64,000 nucleotides of DNA from an uncultured Solirubrobacteraceae bacterium (GTDB lineage: Bacteria; Actinomycetota; Thermoleophilia; Solirubrobacterales; Solirubrobacteraceae), in the NCBI GenBank assembly GCA_963759445.1, contig CAVWZC010000009.1, forward strand, positions 1,704-65,703. The letters are read 5' to 3'. Under the pieces are notes generated by a model that did no database searches, was not told where the DNA came from, and saw only the letters and a program-made list of their open reading frames with translations. Below, piece after piece: positions 1 to 12,880 of this stretch. Both the position numbers and the translations under genes were made by a program. Numbering within the stretch: the first letter of the stretch is position 1; every line of letters starts with the position of its first letter.

Positions 1-192
1 GTCGCGCTGGAACTCGCTGACGAGCACCGGCGCCCCGCTGAGGGCGGCGAACGAGGCGGTGCCGACGAAGCGACGGCTGGTGGGCGTCTGCACGACGCGC
101 ACCGCGTGGCCGGCGCCGGTCGCCAGGCGGACGAACTCGAGCGCCTTGTACGCGGCGATCCCGCCGCTGACGCCGAGCAGTATGCGCGACAT
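1..192 (-). CDS. coaBC: Phosphopantothenoylcysteine decarboxylase/ligase CoaBC, N-terminal part (runs off window edge)
   Basis: Manual translation from ATG 192: MSRILLGVSGGIAAYKALEFVRL..., the flavoprotein motif GxSGGIAAYK; located after rpoZ. Confidence 0.93.
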   Translation of the reverse strand, partial: MSRILLGVSGGIAAYKALEFVRLATGAGHAVRVVQTPTSRRFVGTASFAALSGAPVLVSEFQRD

Positions 193-272
193 GGCCTAGC
201 TGGTTCTAAAGCGTGGGGGGCCGCGGGCAAGCTGGCAGGGCGCTTGCGCGGCGCCCCGCCGGCTCCGCGGGC

Positions 273-500
273 CTAGCGGTAGTGGTACTTCATCTTCCCG
301 CCGGCTACCTCCTCGAGGGCGATCGTGAGGTAGTTTTTCGAGGCGGTCTCGATCATCGGCGGCGGGAACTCGTCGAACGTCCCCTCGCCGAGGTTGTGGT
401 AGTAGCTGTTGATCTGTCGCGCCCGCTTGGCGGCGACGATCACTCCGGCGTAGTTTGAGTCGACCTGCTCGAGCAGCCGGTCGATGCGTGGCGAGATCAC
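273..500 (-). CDS. rpoZ: RNA polymerase omega subunit
   Basis: GTG start after GAGGAAAGG; VIVAAKRARQINSYYHNLGEG...KNYLTIALEE is the actinobacterial omega signature; gmk-rpoZ-coaBC synteny. Confidence 0.95.
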   Translation of the reverse strand: MISPRIDRLLEQVDSNYAGVIVAAKRARQINSYYHNLGEGTFDEFPPPMIETASKNYLTIALEEVAGGKMKYHYR

Positions 501-532
501 TTTGCGGGTCTGCCTTTCCTCGTTGTGTCTCT

Positions 533-1142
533 TTAGGAGTCTAGCCGGACCGGCCGCTCCCGCCGCCCGCGTGCTGGGGGCCAGCGCCGGAGGGAAGCCC
601 GGGCGACGATCTCGTACAGCTCGTCGGTGGCCCGCTCCAGGTCGTCGTTGACGACCACGTGGGCGAACTCGGGCTGGGCGGCGAGCTCCCGCTCGGCGAC
701 CGCAGGCGCCGGCTCGACCTCCTCGCGGGTCGTCGGTGCCGCGCCCCTGCAGCCGCTCGCGCAGCACCTCCAGCGACGGCGGCGAGATGAACACCTGCAC
801 CGCCCGGGGCATCGCCGCGCGCACCTGGCGGGCGCCCTGGACCTCGATCTCGAGCACCACCGGCACGCCCCGCTCGACGCGCCCCTCGAGCTCGGAGCGC
901 AGCGTCCCGTAGCGGCGCCCGGCGTAGTCGGCGTGCTCGACGAACTGGCCCGCCGCGACCAGCTCGTCGAAGCGCTCGCCGCTGAGGAAGTGGTAGTCGA
1001 CCCCGTCGCGCTCGCCCGGGCGGGGGGCGCGCGTGGTGGCCGACACCGACAGCTCGAGCTGCGGGATGCGTCGCGCAGGCCTCGTATCAGCGTGCCCTTG
1101 CCGACGCCCGATGGTCCCGTGATCACGAACACGTCCGCTCAA
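533..1142 (-). CDS. gmk: Guanylate kinase (apparent frameshifts near 1070 and 725, probably sequencing errors)
   Basis: ITGPSGVGKGT P-loop; SVSATTRAPRPGERDGVDYHF; LEIEVQGA; VVNDDLERA, spread over two frames. Confidence 0.92.
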
Positions 1143-1192
1143 CGGCGAGAGCACCCTATTGGGTGCCCTCAGACGTAATCGGGCGCCGAGGC

Positions 1193-1537
1193 TCAGCGGT
1201 GCAGCAGCGAGATCAGCTCGCTGCGCTGGCGTTCGGAGAGCCCGCCGATCGTCTTGCTCGGGGCGATCCTGCAGTGCGCGAGGATCTTGTTGACCTTCAC
1301 CCGGCCGTACTTCGGCACCGCGAGCAGCATGTCGAATACCTTCGCCGTCTCGACGTACTCGGGCGGGTCGAGCAGCAGCGTGTGGATCGATCGCCGGCCG
1401 GACTTCAGGTCGCGCTTGAGCTGGGCGCGCTGGATGCGGATCTGGTTGGCCCGCGCGAGTGCATCCATACGCTGGTTGAGCGAGCGCTCGGGCGCCGTCG
1501 GAGCGCTGGAGGGCGTCGTACCAGTCGCCGTCGTCAT
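1193..1537 (-). CDS. mihF: Actinobacterial integration host factor (mIHF/sIHF, H2TH)
   Basis: RMDALARANQIRIQRAQLKRDLK...LLAVPKYGRVKVNKIL...KTIGGLSERQR; sits between pyr genes and gmk. Confidence 0.88.
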   Translation of the reverse strand: MTTATGTTPSSAPTAPERSLNQRMDALARANQIRIQRAQLKRDLKSGRRSIHTLLLDPPEYVETAKVFDMLLAVPKYGRVKVNKILAHCRIAPSKTIGGLSERQRSELISLLHR

Positions 1538-1545
1538 GGGCGGCG

Positions 1546-1573
1546 AGTCTACACGCCACGGCGGCACGATCAA
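1546..1573 (-). promoter_or_regulatory. SigA-type promoter for a leaderless mihF (TTGATC-16-TAGACT)
   Basis: Minus strand reads TTGATC N16 TAGACT N8 ATG. Confidence 0.55.
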
Positions 1574-1670
1574 GCCAAAACCCCCTAATTCACCTCGACC
1601 TCAGCCTGAGGTGAAGATTCGTCGAGGCTGTCCGACGGTCTGGTGTCGTTTTGCAGGGGTTTTGTTGCCC

Positions 1671-2702
1671 TCAGCCGCGCGACGGGCCCACGCCGCCGCG
1701 CGGCCGGGCCGGCGCGTCTCCGGAAACTGCGGAAAAGTATCTCCTGCGCTCGCACTGAGCGCGGCGCGCCGACGCCTGCAGCTCGCGGGCGATCCGCCGC
1801 CCCGCGCCCGGGTCGCGGAAGGACTCGGTCCCGACCGCCACGAGGCTCGCGCCGACGTCCAGCAGCTCGCGCGCGTGGGCCCGCGCTCTGCACCCCGCCC
1901 ATCCCGATCACGGGATCTGCACCCGCTCGGCGACGGCCGCCACCTGGGCCAGCGCGACGGCGCGCACCGCCGGACCGGAGAGCCCGCCCGTGGTCCCGCC
2001 GAGCCACGGTCGCACGGACGCGGTCGGGCCGCGGCGCCGCGGGTCGAGCGCTCGGACCGCCGGCGCGAGCGCCATCGCGCGCAGCGTGTTGATCAGCGAG
2101 ACCGCGTCCGCTCCCCCTCCTCGGCCGCCAGCGCGCAGGCCGGCACGTCGGCGGCGTTGGGGGTGAGCTTGACGATCAGCGGCTTGCCGGTGCCCGCCGC
2201 AGCTCGCGGACGCACGGCCCGCAGCTGGCCGGGGTCGGCGCCGATGTCGAGGCCCGTCTGCACGTTGGGGCAGGACACGTTGAGCTCGATCGCGGCGATC
2301 TCCTGGTGCTGCTCGCAGGCCTCCACCAGCTCACGCAGCTCGGCGGCGCTCGAGCCCATCACGTTCGTGAACAGGGGCACGCCGATGAGCTCGCCGCCGG
2401 GTTCGTGCCCCCGCGTGGTGATACCCGCAAGCGGTGGCAGGTCATCCGCGAGATAGAGCTCAGTCCCTTGTTGGGCAGGCCGATCGAGTTGATCATCCCG
2501 CGCCGGCACCTCCCAGATGCGCGGCGGCGGGTTGCCCGCGCGCGGGGCGCGAGCGTGATCGTCTTGGAGACGTAGGCGGCGAACGGGAAGTCCTCCGCAG
2601 AGCCGTCCCCGAAAGCCTCGCGCGGCGGCGAGCGCGTCGAAGGTGCCGGAGCCGTTGATGACCGGGTGGGCGAGCTCCAGCCCGCAGAAGCTCGACGCTC
2701 AC
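1671..2702 (-). CDS. pyrD: Dihydroorotate dehydrogenase class 1B catalytic subunit (several apparent frameshifts)
   Basis: PVINGSGTF, IELNVSCPNV, KPLIVKLTPN, GGLSG and IGMGG segments; follows pyrK. Confidence 0.88.
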
Positions 2703-3500
2703 GCGGGCGCTCCCGCGTACTCCCCCACGTGGTCGAGGGGCGGGGCGTCGATCACCGGACCGTCCACGCACACGCGCAGGTAGCTCCCGTCGCGGGCCGG
2801 GACCACGCACCCGAAGCAGGCCCCGAAGCCGCACGCCATCGGCGCCTCGAGAGCGAGCTGGGCGGGCACCTCCGCGCGCGAGCAGACCGCCCGCACGCTC
2901 TCGAGCATCGGCGCCGGGGCCACACGCGTAGACCTCCGCCTCGCGGTCCTCTTCGAGCTCCCGTTGGAGCAGCTCGGTGACCGTTCCCCGGTGCCCGACG
3001 GAGCCGTCGTCGGTGGCGACGCGGACCTCGAGCAGCTCGGCCGCCCGGGCCCGCTCCCCGTCGCGGAAGCCGAGCAGCGTCCGTGTCGTCCGCGAGCGGT
3101 CCTGCAGGATCATCAGCGGCGCGATCCCGACCCCGCCCCCGACCAGCAGCGCCCGCCGTCCCCGCGCGGCGGGCTGAAGCCGCGTCCCAGGGGCCCGAGC
3201 GCTGAGCACCCGTTCGCCGGGCTGCAGCTCGCACAGCCGCCGCGTCCCGGGGCCGACGTCCTCGAGCAGGAAGTGGGCCTCCTCGCCGCTGTGCGCGCCG
3301 GCGAGAGCGCGCGGGCGAGGAACGGACGCTCGTCCTGGCCGCCTCCCCAGCGGTGCTCGGCGGCGAGCATGGCGAACTGCCCCGGGGGCGCAGTCGCCGC
3401 CGGGGTCGAGCACGCGCAGCAGCCGGTAGGCCCCGAGCCTCTCGTTGGCGGCGACCTCCAGCGATCGGCGTTCGGGTTTCGCGGTCGCCGCGGCTCCAGC

Positions 3501-3504
<4 letters not shown>
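2699..3504 (-). CDS. pyrK: Dihydroorotate dehydrogenase electron-transfer subunit (frameshifted)
   Basis: PGQFAML, GPLGRGF, LLVGGGVGIAP, ATDDGS, YACGP and 2Fe-2S motif MACGFGACFGCV...RVCVDGPV. Confidence 0.88.
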
Positions 3505-6643
<3,139 letters not shown>

Positions 6644-6650
6644 CTGCCCG

Positions 6651-7776
6651 CTAGCCGATGCGCTGGAGGAAGCGGTCGAACAGATACAGGCTGTCGTGCG
6701 GTCCCGGTCCCGCCTCGGGGTGGTACTGGACCGCACCGCCGGGCACGTCGAGCAGCTCAAGGCCCTCGACGGTACGGTCGTAGAGGTTCACGTGGGAGAG
6801 CGCGGCGGCGCCGAAGTCCGTCTCCCAGCGAACCGGCTCGTCTTGGGGGATCGTGCGCGCTCCGGCGGGCGCGAGCGCCGCGAAGCCGTGATTCTGCGAG
6901 GTGATCTCGACCCTGCCGGTCTGCAGGTCGCGCACCGGGTGGTTCGCGCCGCGGTGGCCGAACGGCAGCTTGTAGGTATCGAGGCCAACAGCGCGGCAAA
7001 GCAGCTGGTGGCCGAGGCAGATGCCCCAGACGGGCTTGCGTCCGACGATCTCGCGCACCGTCTGGACGATGTCGGCGAGCGCCGCGGGGTCGCCGGGGCC
7101 GTTGGCGAGGAAGACCGCGTCGGGGTCCTCCGCGAGGATCTCCTGCGCGCTGGTCGCGCAGGGGTGCAGCGAGACGCGCATCCCGCGGGCGATGCAGCTC
7201 GCGCACCATCGAGGCCTTGATGCCGGTGTCGAGCACGGCGATCCGCGGGCCATCGCCGGCGCCGTGGCGGCTTACCTCCCGCGGGCTGACGAGGCTCGCC
7301 AGGTCCTGCCCGGCCATCGCCGGCTCGGCGTCGATCAGCTCGCGCGCCTCGCGCTCGGACATCTCCCCTGCGAACAGGCCGCCGCGCATCGAGCCGGCCT
7401 GGCGGATGTGCTGGACCAGCGAGCGCGTGTCGAGCCCGCTGATCGCTGGCACGCCGCAGTCGCGCAGCCAGTCGAGCCAGCCGCGCTCGGCGGAGGGCGC
7501 GTCCTCGCGGTTGCACGCCTCGCGCATGATCACCGCGCGCGCCCACGCGCGTTCTGACTCCATCGCCTGCGCCGAGGCGCCGTAATTGCCGATGTGGGGA
7601 TAGGTGAAGACGATCAGCTGGCCGGCGAAGGAGGGGTCGCTTACGGACTCCTGGTAGCCCGCCATCCCGGTCGTAAAGACGATCTCGCCGACGGCGTGGC
7701 CGGAGGCCGCGCAGAGCTCGCCGTCGAAGCGTGTGCCGTCCTCGAGCAGCACGTATCCCTCATCACGGGCGCTCAT
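6651..7776 (-). CDS. carA: Carbamoyl-phosphate synthase small subunit (frameshift near 7190)
   Basis: [60 protein letters not shown]. Confidence 0.95.
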
Positions 7777-8297
7777 AGGATCAGCTTCTGCACTGCCTTG
7801 AACTCCGGCGTCCCGGCGCGCTCGAGCAGCTCGAAGAGCGCCGCCTCGACGGTGCCGATGACCGCGCCCGCGCGCGCCATGCGCTCGAGTCCGCGCTCGT
7901 AGTCGAGCTCGTGTCGCGACCCCACCGCGTCCGCGGGCACGTGCACTTCCACCCCGCTCGCAAGCAGGTCGTGCACGGTCTGGCTCACGCAAACGTGCGT
8001 CTCGATTCCGCACACGATCGCCTGTTCGCGGCCGTGCAGGTCGAATCCGTCCGCGCGCACCGCCGAGAAGACGCTCTTCTCGATCAGCTGCTGCTCGCCG
8101 AGGCCGACCTCGGGGGCGGTGTGCCCGAGCCCGCGCGGGTACTGCTCGCTCGCGATCACCGGGAGCTCGAGTATCCGGGCCGCCTCCACGAGCCTGCCCG
8201 CGGCGAGCGCCACGCGCTCGAAGACCTCGTAGCGGCGGAATGCCTCCTGCACGTCCACCACGACGAGGACGGCGCGCTCGCGCGAGAGCAGGCCCAT
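7773..8297 (-). CDS. Isochorismatase-family cysteine hydrolase (YcaC/ISOC-like)
   Basis: VVDVQEAF, SEQYPRGLGHT, EKSVFSA, GIETHVCVSQT (D/K/C triad); overlaps pyrC stop and carA start. Confidence 0.88.
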   Translation of the reverse strand: MGLLSRERAVLVVVDVQEAFRRYEVFERVALAAGRLVEAARILELPVIASEQYPRGLGHTAPEVGLGEQQLIEKSVFSAVRADGFDLHGREQAIVCGIETHVCVSQTVHDLLASGVEVHVPADAVGSRHELDYERGLERMARAGAVIGTVEAALFELLERAGTPEFKAVQKLIL

Positions 8298-9670
8298 CAG
8301 GCGCCCACCGACGGCGTCAGCCCGGTCGTAGCGAGCGTCCTGTCCCGATGTGCGAGCGCGCCTGCAGCGAGCGTCGCCAACACGCGTCCGCGCAGCCGTC
8401 GCCCGGCGAAGCAGCAGTTGTCTGAGCGGCTCTCCCAGCCGTGCTCGCCCGCGATCCACTCGCACTCGAGATCGACGAGCACGAGGTTCGCGCTCGCGCC
8501 CTCGCGGATCTGCGGCAACGGCAGCCCGTACAGCGCGGCGCCGGCGCTCATGCGTTCGACGAGCGCCTCGAGTGCCAGCACGCCCGGCAGGACGAGGCCG
8601 CCGTAGAGCGCTGCGAACGCGGTCTCGAGCCCCGTGGTGCCCATCGGTGCCTGCTCGAACGGGACCTCCTTCTCCTCGCGCGCGTGCGGAGCGTGGTCGG
8701 TCGCGACGCAGTCGATCGTGCCCTCGCGGAGCGCCGCGACGAGCGCCAAGCGGTCCTCCTCGGCCGTTAGCGGCGGGTGCATCTTCATGCGCGTGTCGAG
8801 GCTCCTCACGGCCTCGTGGCTCAGCAGCAGGTGGTGCGGGGTGACCTCACCGCTCACGCGCCAGCCGCGCGCCTTGGCAGCCGCGAGCGCCTCGACCGAC
8901 GCCGCGCAGCTGAGGTGCAGGAAGTGCACGCGTGCGTCCTCATATCCCGCGAGCTCGGCGTCGCGCGCGAGCATCGTGGACTCCGCCACGGTGGGGATGC
9001 CGCCGACGCCGAGAGCCGCGCTCCAGCGCCCCTCGTGCATCGAGCCTCCGCGTGAGAGCGAGCGATCCTCCTCGTGCAGGGCGAGTACCCCGCCGCACAG
9101 GCGCTGGTACTGGAGCGCCTTGCGCAGCGTGCCGGCGCTCGCGACCGGTTCGCCGTCGTCGCTGAAGCCAAGCGCGCCGTGCTCGCGGAGCTCGGCCATC
9201 TCGCTGAGCTGCTCGCCGTGCAGCCCGCGCGTGATCGCCGCGAGGAAGCCCACCGGCACGTGCGCTTCGCGCGCTGCCTGCTCGCGCAGCGACCCCAGCA
9301 GCGGCGCGGAGTCGAGCACGGGGTCCGTGTTGGGCATCGCGATCACGCCGCAGAAGCCGCCTGCGGCCGCTGCGCGCGTGCCGCTGTCGAGGTCCTCCTT
9401 GTGCTCCTGCCCGGGAGTGCGCAGATGGACGTGGGGGTCGAAGAACGCCGGCAGCAGCGCCATGCGGCCCTCGCCCTCGAGGACCTCCTCCTCGCTGTCC
9501 TCGACCGGCTCGAGGGTGCCCGCGTCGGCGAGCTCGCTGATGACGCCCTCGCTTACGCGCACGTCAAGCCGCGCGTCCACGCCCTCGCGCGGATCGAGCG
9601 CGCGCACGTCGCGCAGCAGGAGGCGAGCAGGCTGGCCGGCGCCCCCGCTCATGCGCTCGATGGCGCTCAC
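8297..9670 (-). CDS. pyrC: Dihydroorotase
   Basis: DPHVHLRTPG, AMPNTDP, FSDDG, EVTPHHL, KMHPPL, ATDHAPH; GTGA overlap with pyrB stop. Confidence 0.95.
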   Translation of the reverse strand: MSAIERMSGGAGQPARLLLRDVRALDPREGVDARLDVRVSEGVISELADAGTLEPVEDSEEEVLEGEGRMALLPAFFDPHVHLRTPGQEHKEDLDSGTRAAAAGGFCGVIAMPNTDPVLDSAPLLGSLREQAAREAHVPVGFLAAITRGLHGEQLSEMAELREHGALGFSDDGEPVASAGTLRKALQYQRLCGGVLALHEEDRSLSRGGSMHEGRWSAALGVGGIPTVAESTMLARDAELAGYEDARVHFLHLSCAASVEALAAAKARGWRVSGEVTPHHLLLSHEAVRSLDTRMKMHPPLTAEEDRLALVAALREGTIDCVATDHAPHAREEKEVPFEQAPMGTTGLETAFAALYGGLVLPGVLALEALVERMSAGAALYGLPLPQIREGASANLVLVDLECEWIAGEHGWESRSDNCCFAGRRLRGRVLATLAAGALAHRDRTLATTGLTPSVGA

Positions 9671-10626
9671 GCCGGCTGCCCCTCGGCAACGGCGGCGCTC
9701 GGGGCGATGTGCTCGACATCCGCCCTCGCGCGAGGGGTCGCGAGCAGCTCGTAGAGGACCGCCATGCGCACCACCACGCCCGCCTCGACCTGTGCGGTGA
9801 TCACCGCCTGCGGCGAGTCCACGACCTCGCCCGAGAGCTCGACACCGCGGTTCACCGGCCCGGGGTGCATCAGCAGCTGGCGCGGGCGCAGCCGGCGCGC
9901 GTTCACCTGGTACCAGCTGGCGTACTCGCGCAACGAGGGCACCCATGCCTCGCTCATGCGCTCGCGCTGCATCCGCAGTGCGTACACCACGTCCGCCTCC
10001 CCGAGATCATCGAGGGTGTAGCGCACATCGCAGCCGAGCTGCTCGATGTCACGCGGGATCAGCGTCGGCGGCCCCGCGAGCGTCACGTGGGCGCCCATGC
10101 GTTTGAACGCGAGGATGTTCGAGCGCGCCACGCGCGAATGTGCCACGTCGCCGACGATCCAGATCGAGGCGCCGTCGATGCGCCCGAGGTGGCGCCGCAG
10201 CGTGTACACGTCGAGCAGCGCCTGAGTGGGGTGCTCGTGCTTGCCGTCGCCGGCGTTCACGATCGCCGCGCTGCACCAGCGCGAGACGAGCTCCGCGGCG
10301 CCCGCCCACGGCGTGCGCAGCACGATTGCGTCGGGCTTGTGGGCGCTTAGCGTGAGCACCGTGTCCTTCAGCGACTCGCCCTTCTCCACGCTCGAGCCAC
10401 TCGCCGCGAAGTTCACGACGTCCGCCGAGAGGCGCTTGGCGGCGAGCTCGAACGAGCTGCGCGTGCGCGTGGATGCCTCGTAGAAGAGGTTGAGCACCAT
10501 CCTCCCGCGCAGCGCCGGCACCGTCTTGATCTCGCGCGCGGTGACCTCGGCGAAGCGCTCTGCCTGCGCGACGATCCGCTCGATTGCCTCCCTGTCGAGT
10601 TCCTCGATGGACAGAAGGTGATTCAC
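9667..10626 (-). CDS. pyrB: Aspartate carbamoyltransferase catalytic subunit
   Basis: FYEASTRTRSSFE, NAGDGKHEHPTQALLD, MHPGPVNRG. Confidence 0.97.
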   Translation of the reverse strand: MNHLLSIEELDREAIERIVAQAERFAEVTAREIKTVPALRGRMVLNLFYEASTRTRSSFELAAKRLSADVVNFAASGSSVEKGESLKDTVLTLSAHKPDAIVLRTPWAGAAELVSRWCSAAIVNAGDGKHEHPTQALLDVYTLRRHLGRIDGASIWIVGDVAHSRVARSNILAFKRMGAHVTLAGPPTLIPRDIEQLGCDVRYTLDDLGEADVVYALRMQRERMSEAWVPSLREYASWYQVNARRLRPRQLLMHPGPVNRGVELSGEVVDSPQAVITAQVEAGVVVRMAVLYELLATPRARADVEHIAPSAAVAEGQPA

Positions 10627-11201
10627 GCGCTCGCCTCCAGCGACGGCGTCAACCCCGGCGCTGCGTCGGCGACGATCGTAATCTCATCGACGCCGTCGAG
10701 CTCGCGGACGCGCACGCGGACGTGCTCGGAGCGCGAGGTGGGCAGGTTCTTGCCGACGTAATCGGGGCGGATGGGCAGCTCGCGGTGGCCGCGGTCGGCG
10801 AGCACCGCCAGCTGCACGCGCTCGGGACGGCCGTAGGCGAAGAGCGCCTCGATCGCGGCTCGCACGGTGCGCCCGGTGAAGAGCACGTCGTCGACGATCA
10901 CCACGGTGAGGCCGCTGACGTCGAAGTCGATGTGCGAGGCGTGCAGCACCGGCGCGTCCGTGCGCGTGCCCACGTCGTCGCGGTAGAAGCCGATGTCGAG
11001 ATCGCCGAGCGCGATCTCCTCGCCGAGGAGCTCCTCCAACAGCACGTGCAACCTGTCCGCCAGGATCGCGCCGCGACGGTGGATCCCTACGAGTGCGGGC
11101 GCGGCCGCGGTTGCGTTGCGCTCGAGGATCTCGTGTGCGACGCGCGTCAGAGCGCGCCTCATCTCATCCTCGCGGAGGACGACCTTCTCGTTCGCGTGCA
11201 A
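10623..11201 (-). CDS. pyrR: Pyrimidine operon regulator / uracil phosphoribosyltransferase PyrR
   Basis: RALTRVAHEILERN, LDIGFYRDD, VDDVLFTGRTVRAA, DRGHRELPIRPDYVGKN. Confidence 0.96.
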   Translation of the reverse strand: MHANEKVVLREDEMRRALTRVAHEILERNATAAAPALVGIHRRGAILADRLHVLLEELLGEEIALGDLDIGFYRDDVGTRTDAPVLHASHIDFDVSGLTVVIVDDVLFTGRTVRAAIEALFAYGRPERVQLAVLADRGHRELPIRPDYVGKNLPTSRSEHVRVRVRELDGVDEITIVADAAPGLTPSLEASA

Positions 11202-11202
11202 C

Positions 11203-11243
11203 CTTTTCCTTCCTGGCCTCTCGGGACCGGGTTAAAGGACTTC
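11203..11243 (-). promoter_or_regulatory. PyrR-binding RNA loop overlapping the pyrR Shine-Dalgarno
   Basis: Minus strand GUCCUUUAACCCGGUCCCGAGAGGCCAGGAAGG matches the PyrR loop consensus (CUUUAA...GUCCNGNGAGG); candidate extended -10 TGnTACATT just upstream. Confidence 0.85.
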
Positions 11244-11254
11244 TGGCGAATGTA

Positions 11255-12265
11255 TCAGCTGGAGGCGACCGCCTCGCGCCCTCCCGCGCGCGTCTCCGTC
11301 GCGTCCGCGCCGGACCCCTCGCGCTCGGCGGCCTGGCGCTCTGACCAGCGCACGAGTCGGGCCGGGCCGCGCTCGGGGAACGGCACCTCGATCGTGTCGA
11401 AATCGCGCGGCGCGACGGTCGCGGCGAACACCGCGCATGCCTCATCGCGCAGCTCGCTGCCGACGTACCTGCTCGAGACGTGCGTGAGCGCGAGCAGGCG
11501 GACGTGCGCGTCGCGCGCGAGCTCTGCGGCCTGGCGCGCGGTGCTGTGACTGGTCTCACGCGCCCGCTCCGCCTCCTCCTCCGCGAAGGTCGCCTCGTGC
11601 ACCAGCACGTCGGCCTCGTGGGCAGCCAGCGCAAGCGCCTCGCACGGCGCGCTGTCGCCGGAGTAGACGAGCTTGCGCCCCTGCCGCGCCTGGCCCATCA
11701 CCTGCTCCGGGCGCACTCCCCCGACCGTCTCCCCGCGCTGCAGTCGTCCAAAGTCCGCTCCGGGCGCGATCCCCAGCTGCTGGGCGGCCTCGGGGTCGAA
11801 TTCGCCGGGGCGCCCGTCCTCGACGAGCGCGTAGCCGAGGCAGTTCTCGCGGCTGTGCTCGACGGGAATCGCCACCACCTCGTAGCCGTCGCCGCTGACC
11901 GCCTCCATCGGCTCGAGCTCGTGCAGCTCGAACGCGTACGGCAGGCGACCGTAGATGATCCGCATCGCGTCCATCAGCGCGTTCAGGCCGCGCGGGCCGT
12001 AGACGGTCAGCGGCTGCGTGCGATCACGCAGCGCGAAGGACTTGAGCATCCCAGGGAGCCCCAGCCAGTGGTCGGCGTGGAAGTGCGTGATGAAGACCGC
12101 GTCGAGATCGGCGAGCCCGACCGAGCGCAGCAGCTGTCTCTGGGTGCCTTCGCCGCAGTCGAACAGCAGGCGCTCCCCGCCCCGTCGAACGAGCAGCGCG
12201 GGCAGGCCCCGGCGCGCACTCGGCACGGATCCGGCGGTGCCGGCGAAGAAGATCGAGAGGTCCAC
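11255..12265 (-). CDS. rnz: Ribonuclease Z
   Basis: FDCGEGTQRQ, ITHFHADHWLG, YSGDS, HEATF, HSTARQA, LTHVSSRY. Confidence 0.94.
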   Translation of the reverse strand: MDLSIFFAGTAGSVPSARRGLPALLVRRGGERLLFDCGEGTQRQLLRSVGLADLDAVFITHFHADHWLGLPGMLKSFALRDRTQPLTVYGPRGLNALMDAMRIIYGRLPYAFELHELEPMEAVSGDGYEVVAIPVEHSRENCLGYALVEDGRPGEFDPEAAQQLGIAPGADFGRLQRGETVGGVRPEQVMGQARQGRKLVYSGDSAPCEALALAAHEADVLVHEATFAEEEAERARETSHSTARQAAELARDAHVRLLALTHVSSRYVGSELRDEACAVFAATVAPRDFDTIEVPFPERGPARLVRWSERQAAEREGSGADATETRAGGREAVASS

Positions 12266-12390
12266 CCCATGGAAGGTAGCCGCGCGGCCGGTGCGTTGGC
12301 GCTCCCGGTGTGGACGGGCAGGCGCTTCAGGGCGCGGTTAGAGTTGCCGACCGTGAGTGTCCGGCGGCGCATCGGCGCCTAGGCCAGTCG

Positions 12391-12840
12391 ATGAGCGCCT
12401 TCGTGACGGCAGGTGCGGGCTTCTTGCTGGCGGTGCTGTGGTTCGACCTGATGTTCGACGTGCAGATGCTCGCTCATCGCGCCGGTGAGGCCCCCGAGCG
12501 CGTGCTCGGCTCGATCGCGGCTTACTACGCGCGTGTGACGACCGCGGCACGGCCGATGAATCGCCTCGTCGCCGCGGCGATGCTCGCGACGATCGCAGCG
12601 GTCGCACTTGAGCTCGCCGACGCCGACTATGCCCCTTGGGTGCGCTGGAGCTCGCTCGCGCTGGTGCTCGTGCCGGTTCTGCTGGCGGGTGCGCACACCG
12701 TCCCGAGCGCCGTGCGCCTCGGCACCCGCTCGGATGCTTCAGCGCGCCAGAGCGAGCTTGCGCGGACCGTCCTGCGCGAGCATCTCGTCTGCTTCGGTGC
12801 GATCGCAGCGCTGATTGGCGTGCAACTCGGGGCAGCCTGA
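12391..12840 (+). CDS. Hypothetical membrane protein (about 4 TM)
   Basis: ATG 12391, MSAFVTAGAGFLLAVLWFDLMFDVQ; four hydrophobic segments; host-like codon use. Confidence 0.7.
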   Translation: MSAFVTAGAGFLLAVLWFDLMFDVQMLAHRAGEAPERVLGSIAAYYARVTTAARPMNRLVAAAMLATIAAVALELADADYAPWVRWSSLALVLVPVLLAGAHTVPSAVRLGTRSDASARQSELARTVLREHLVCFGAIAALIGVQLGAA

Positions 12841-12880
12841 GGCAGGCTCCGCTGGGGGCTCTCGGCGTTAGGGCCCGCGC

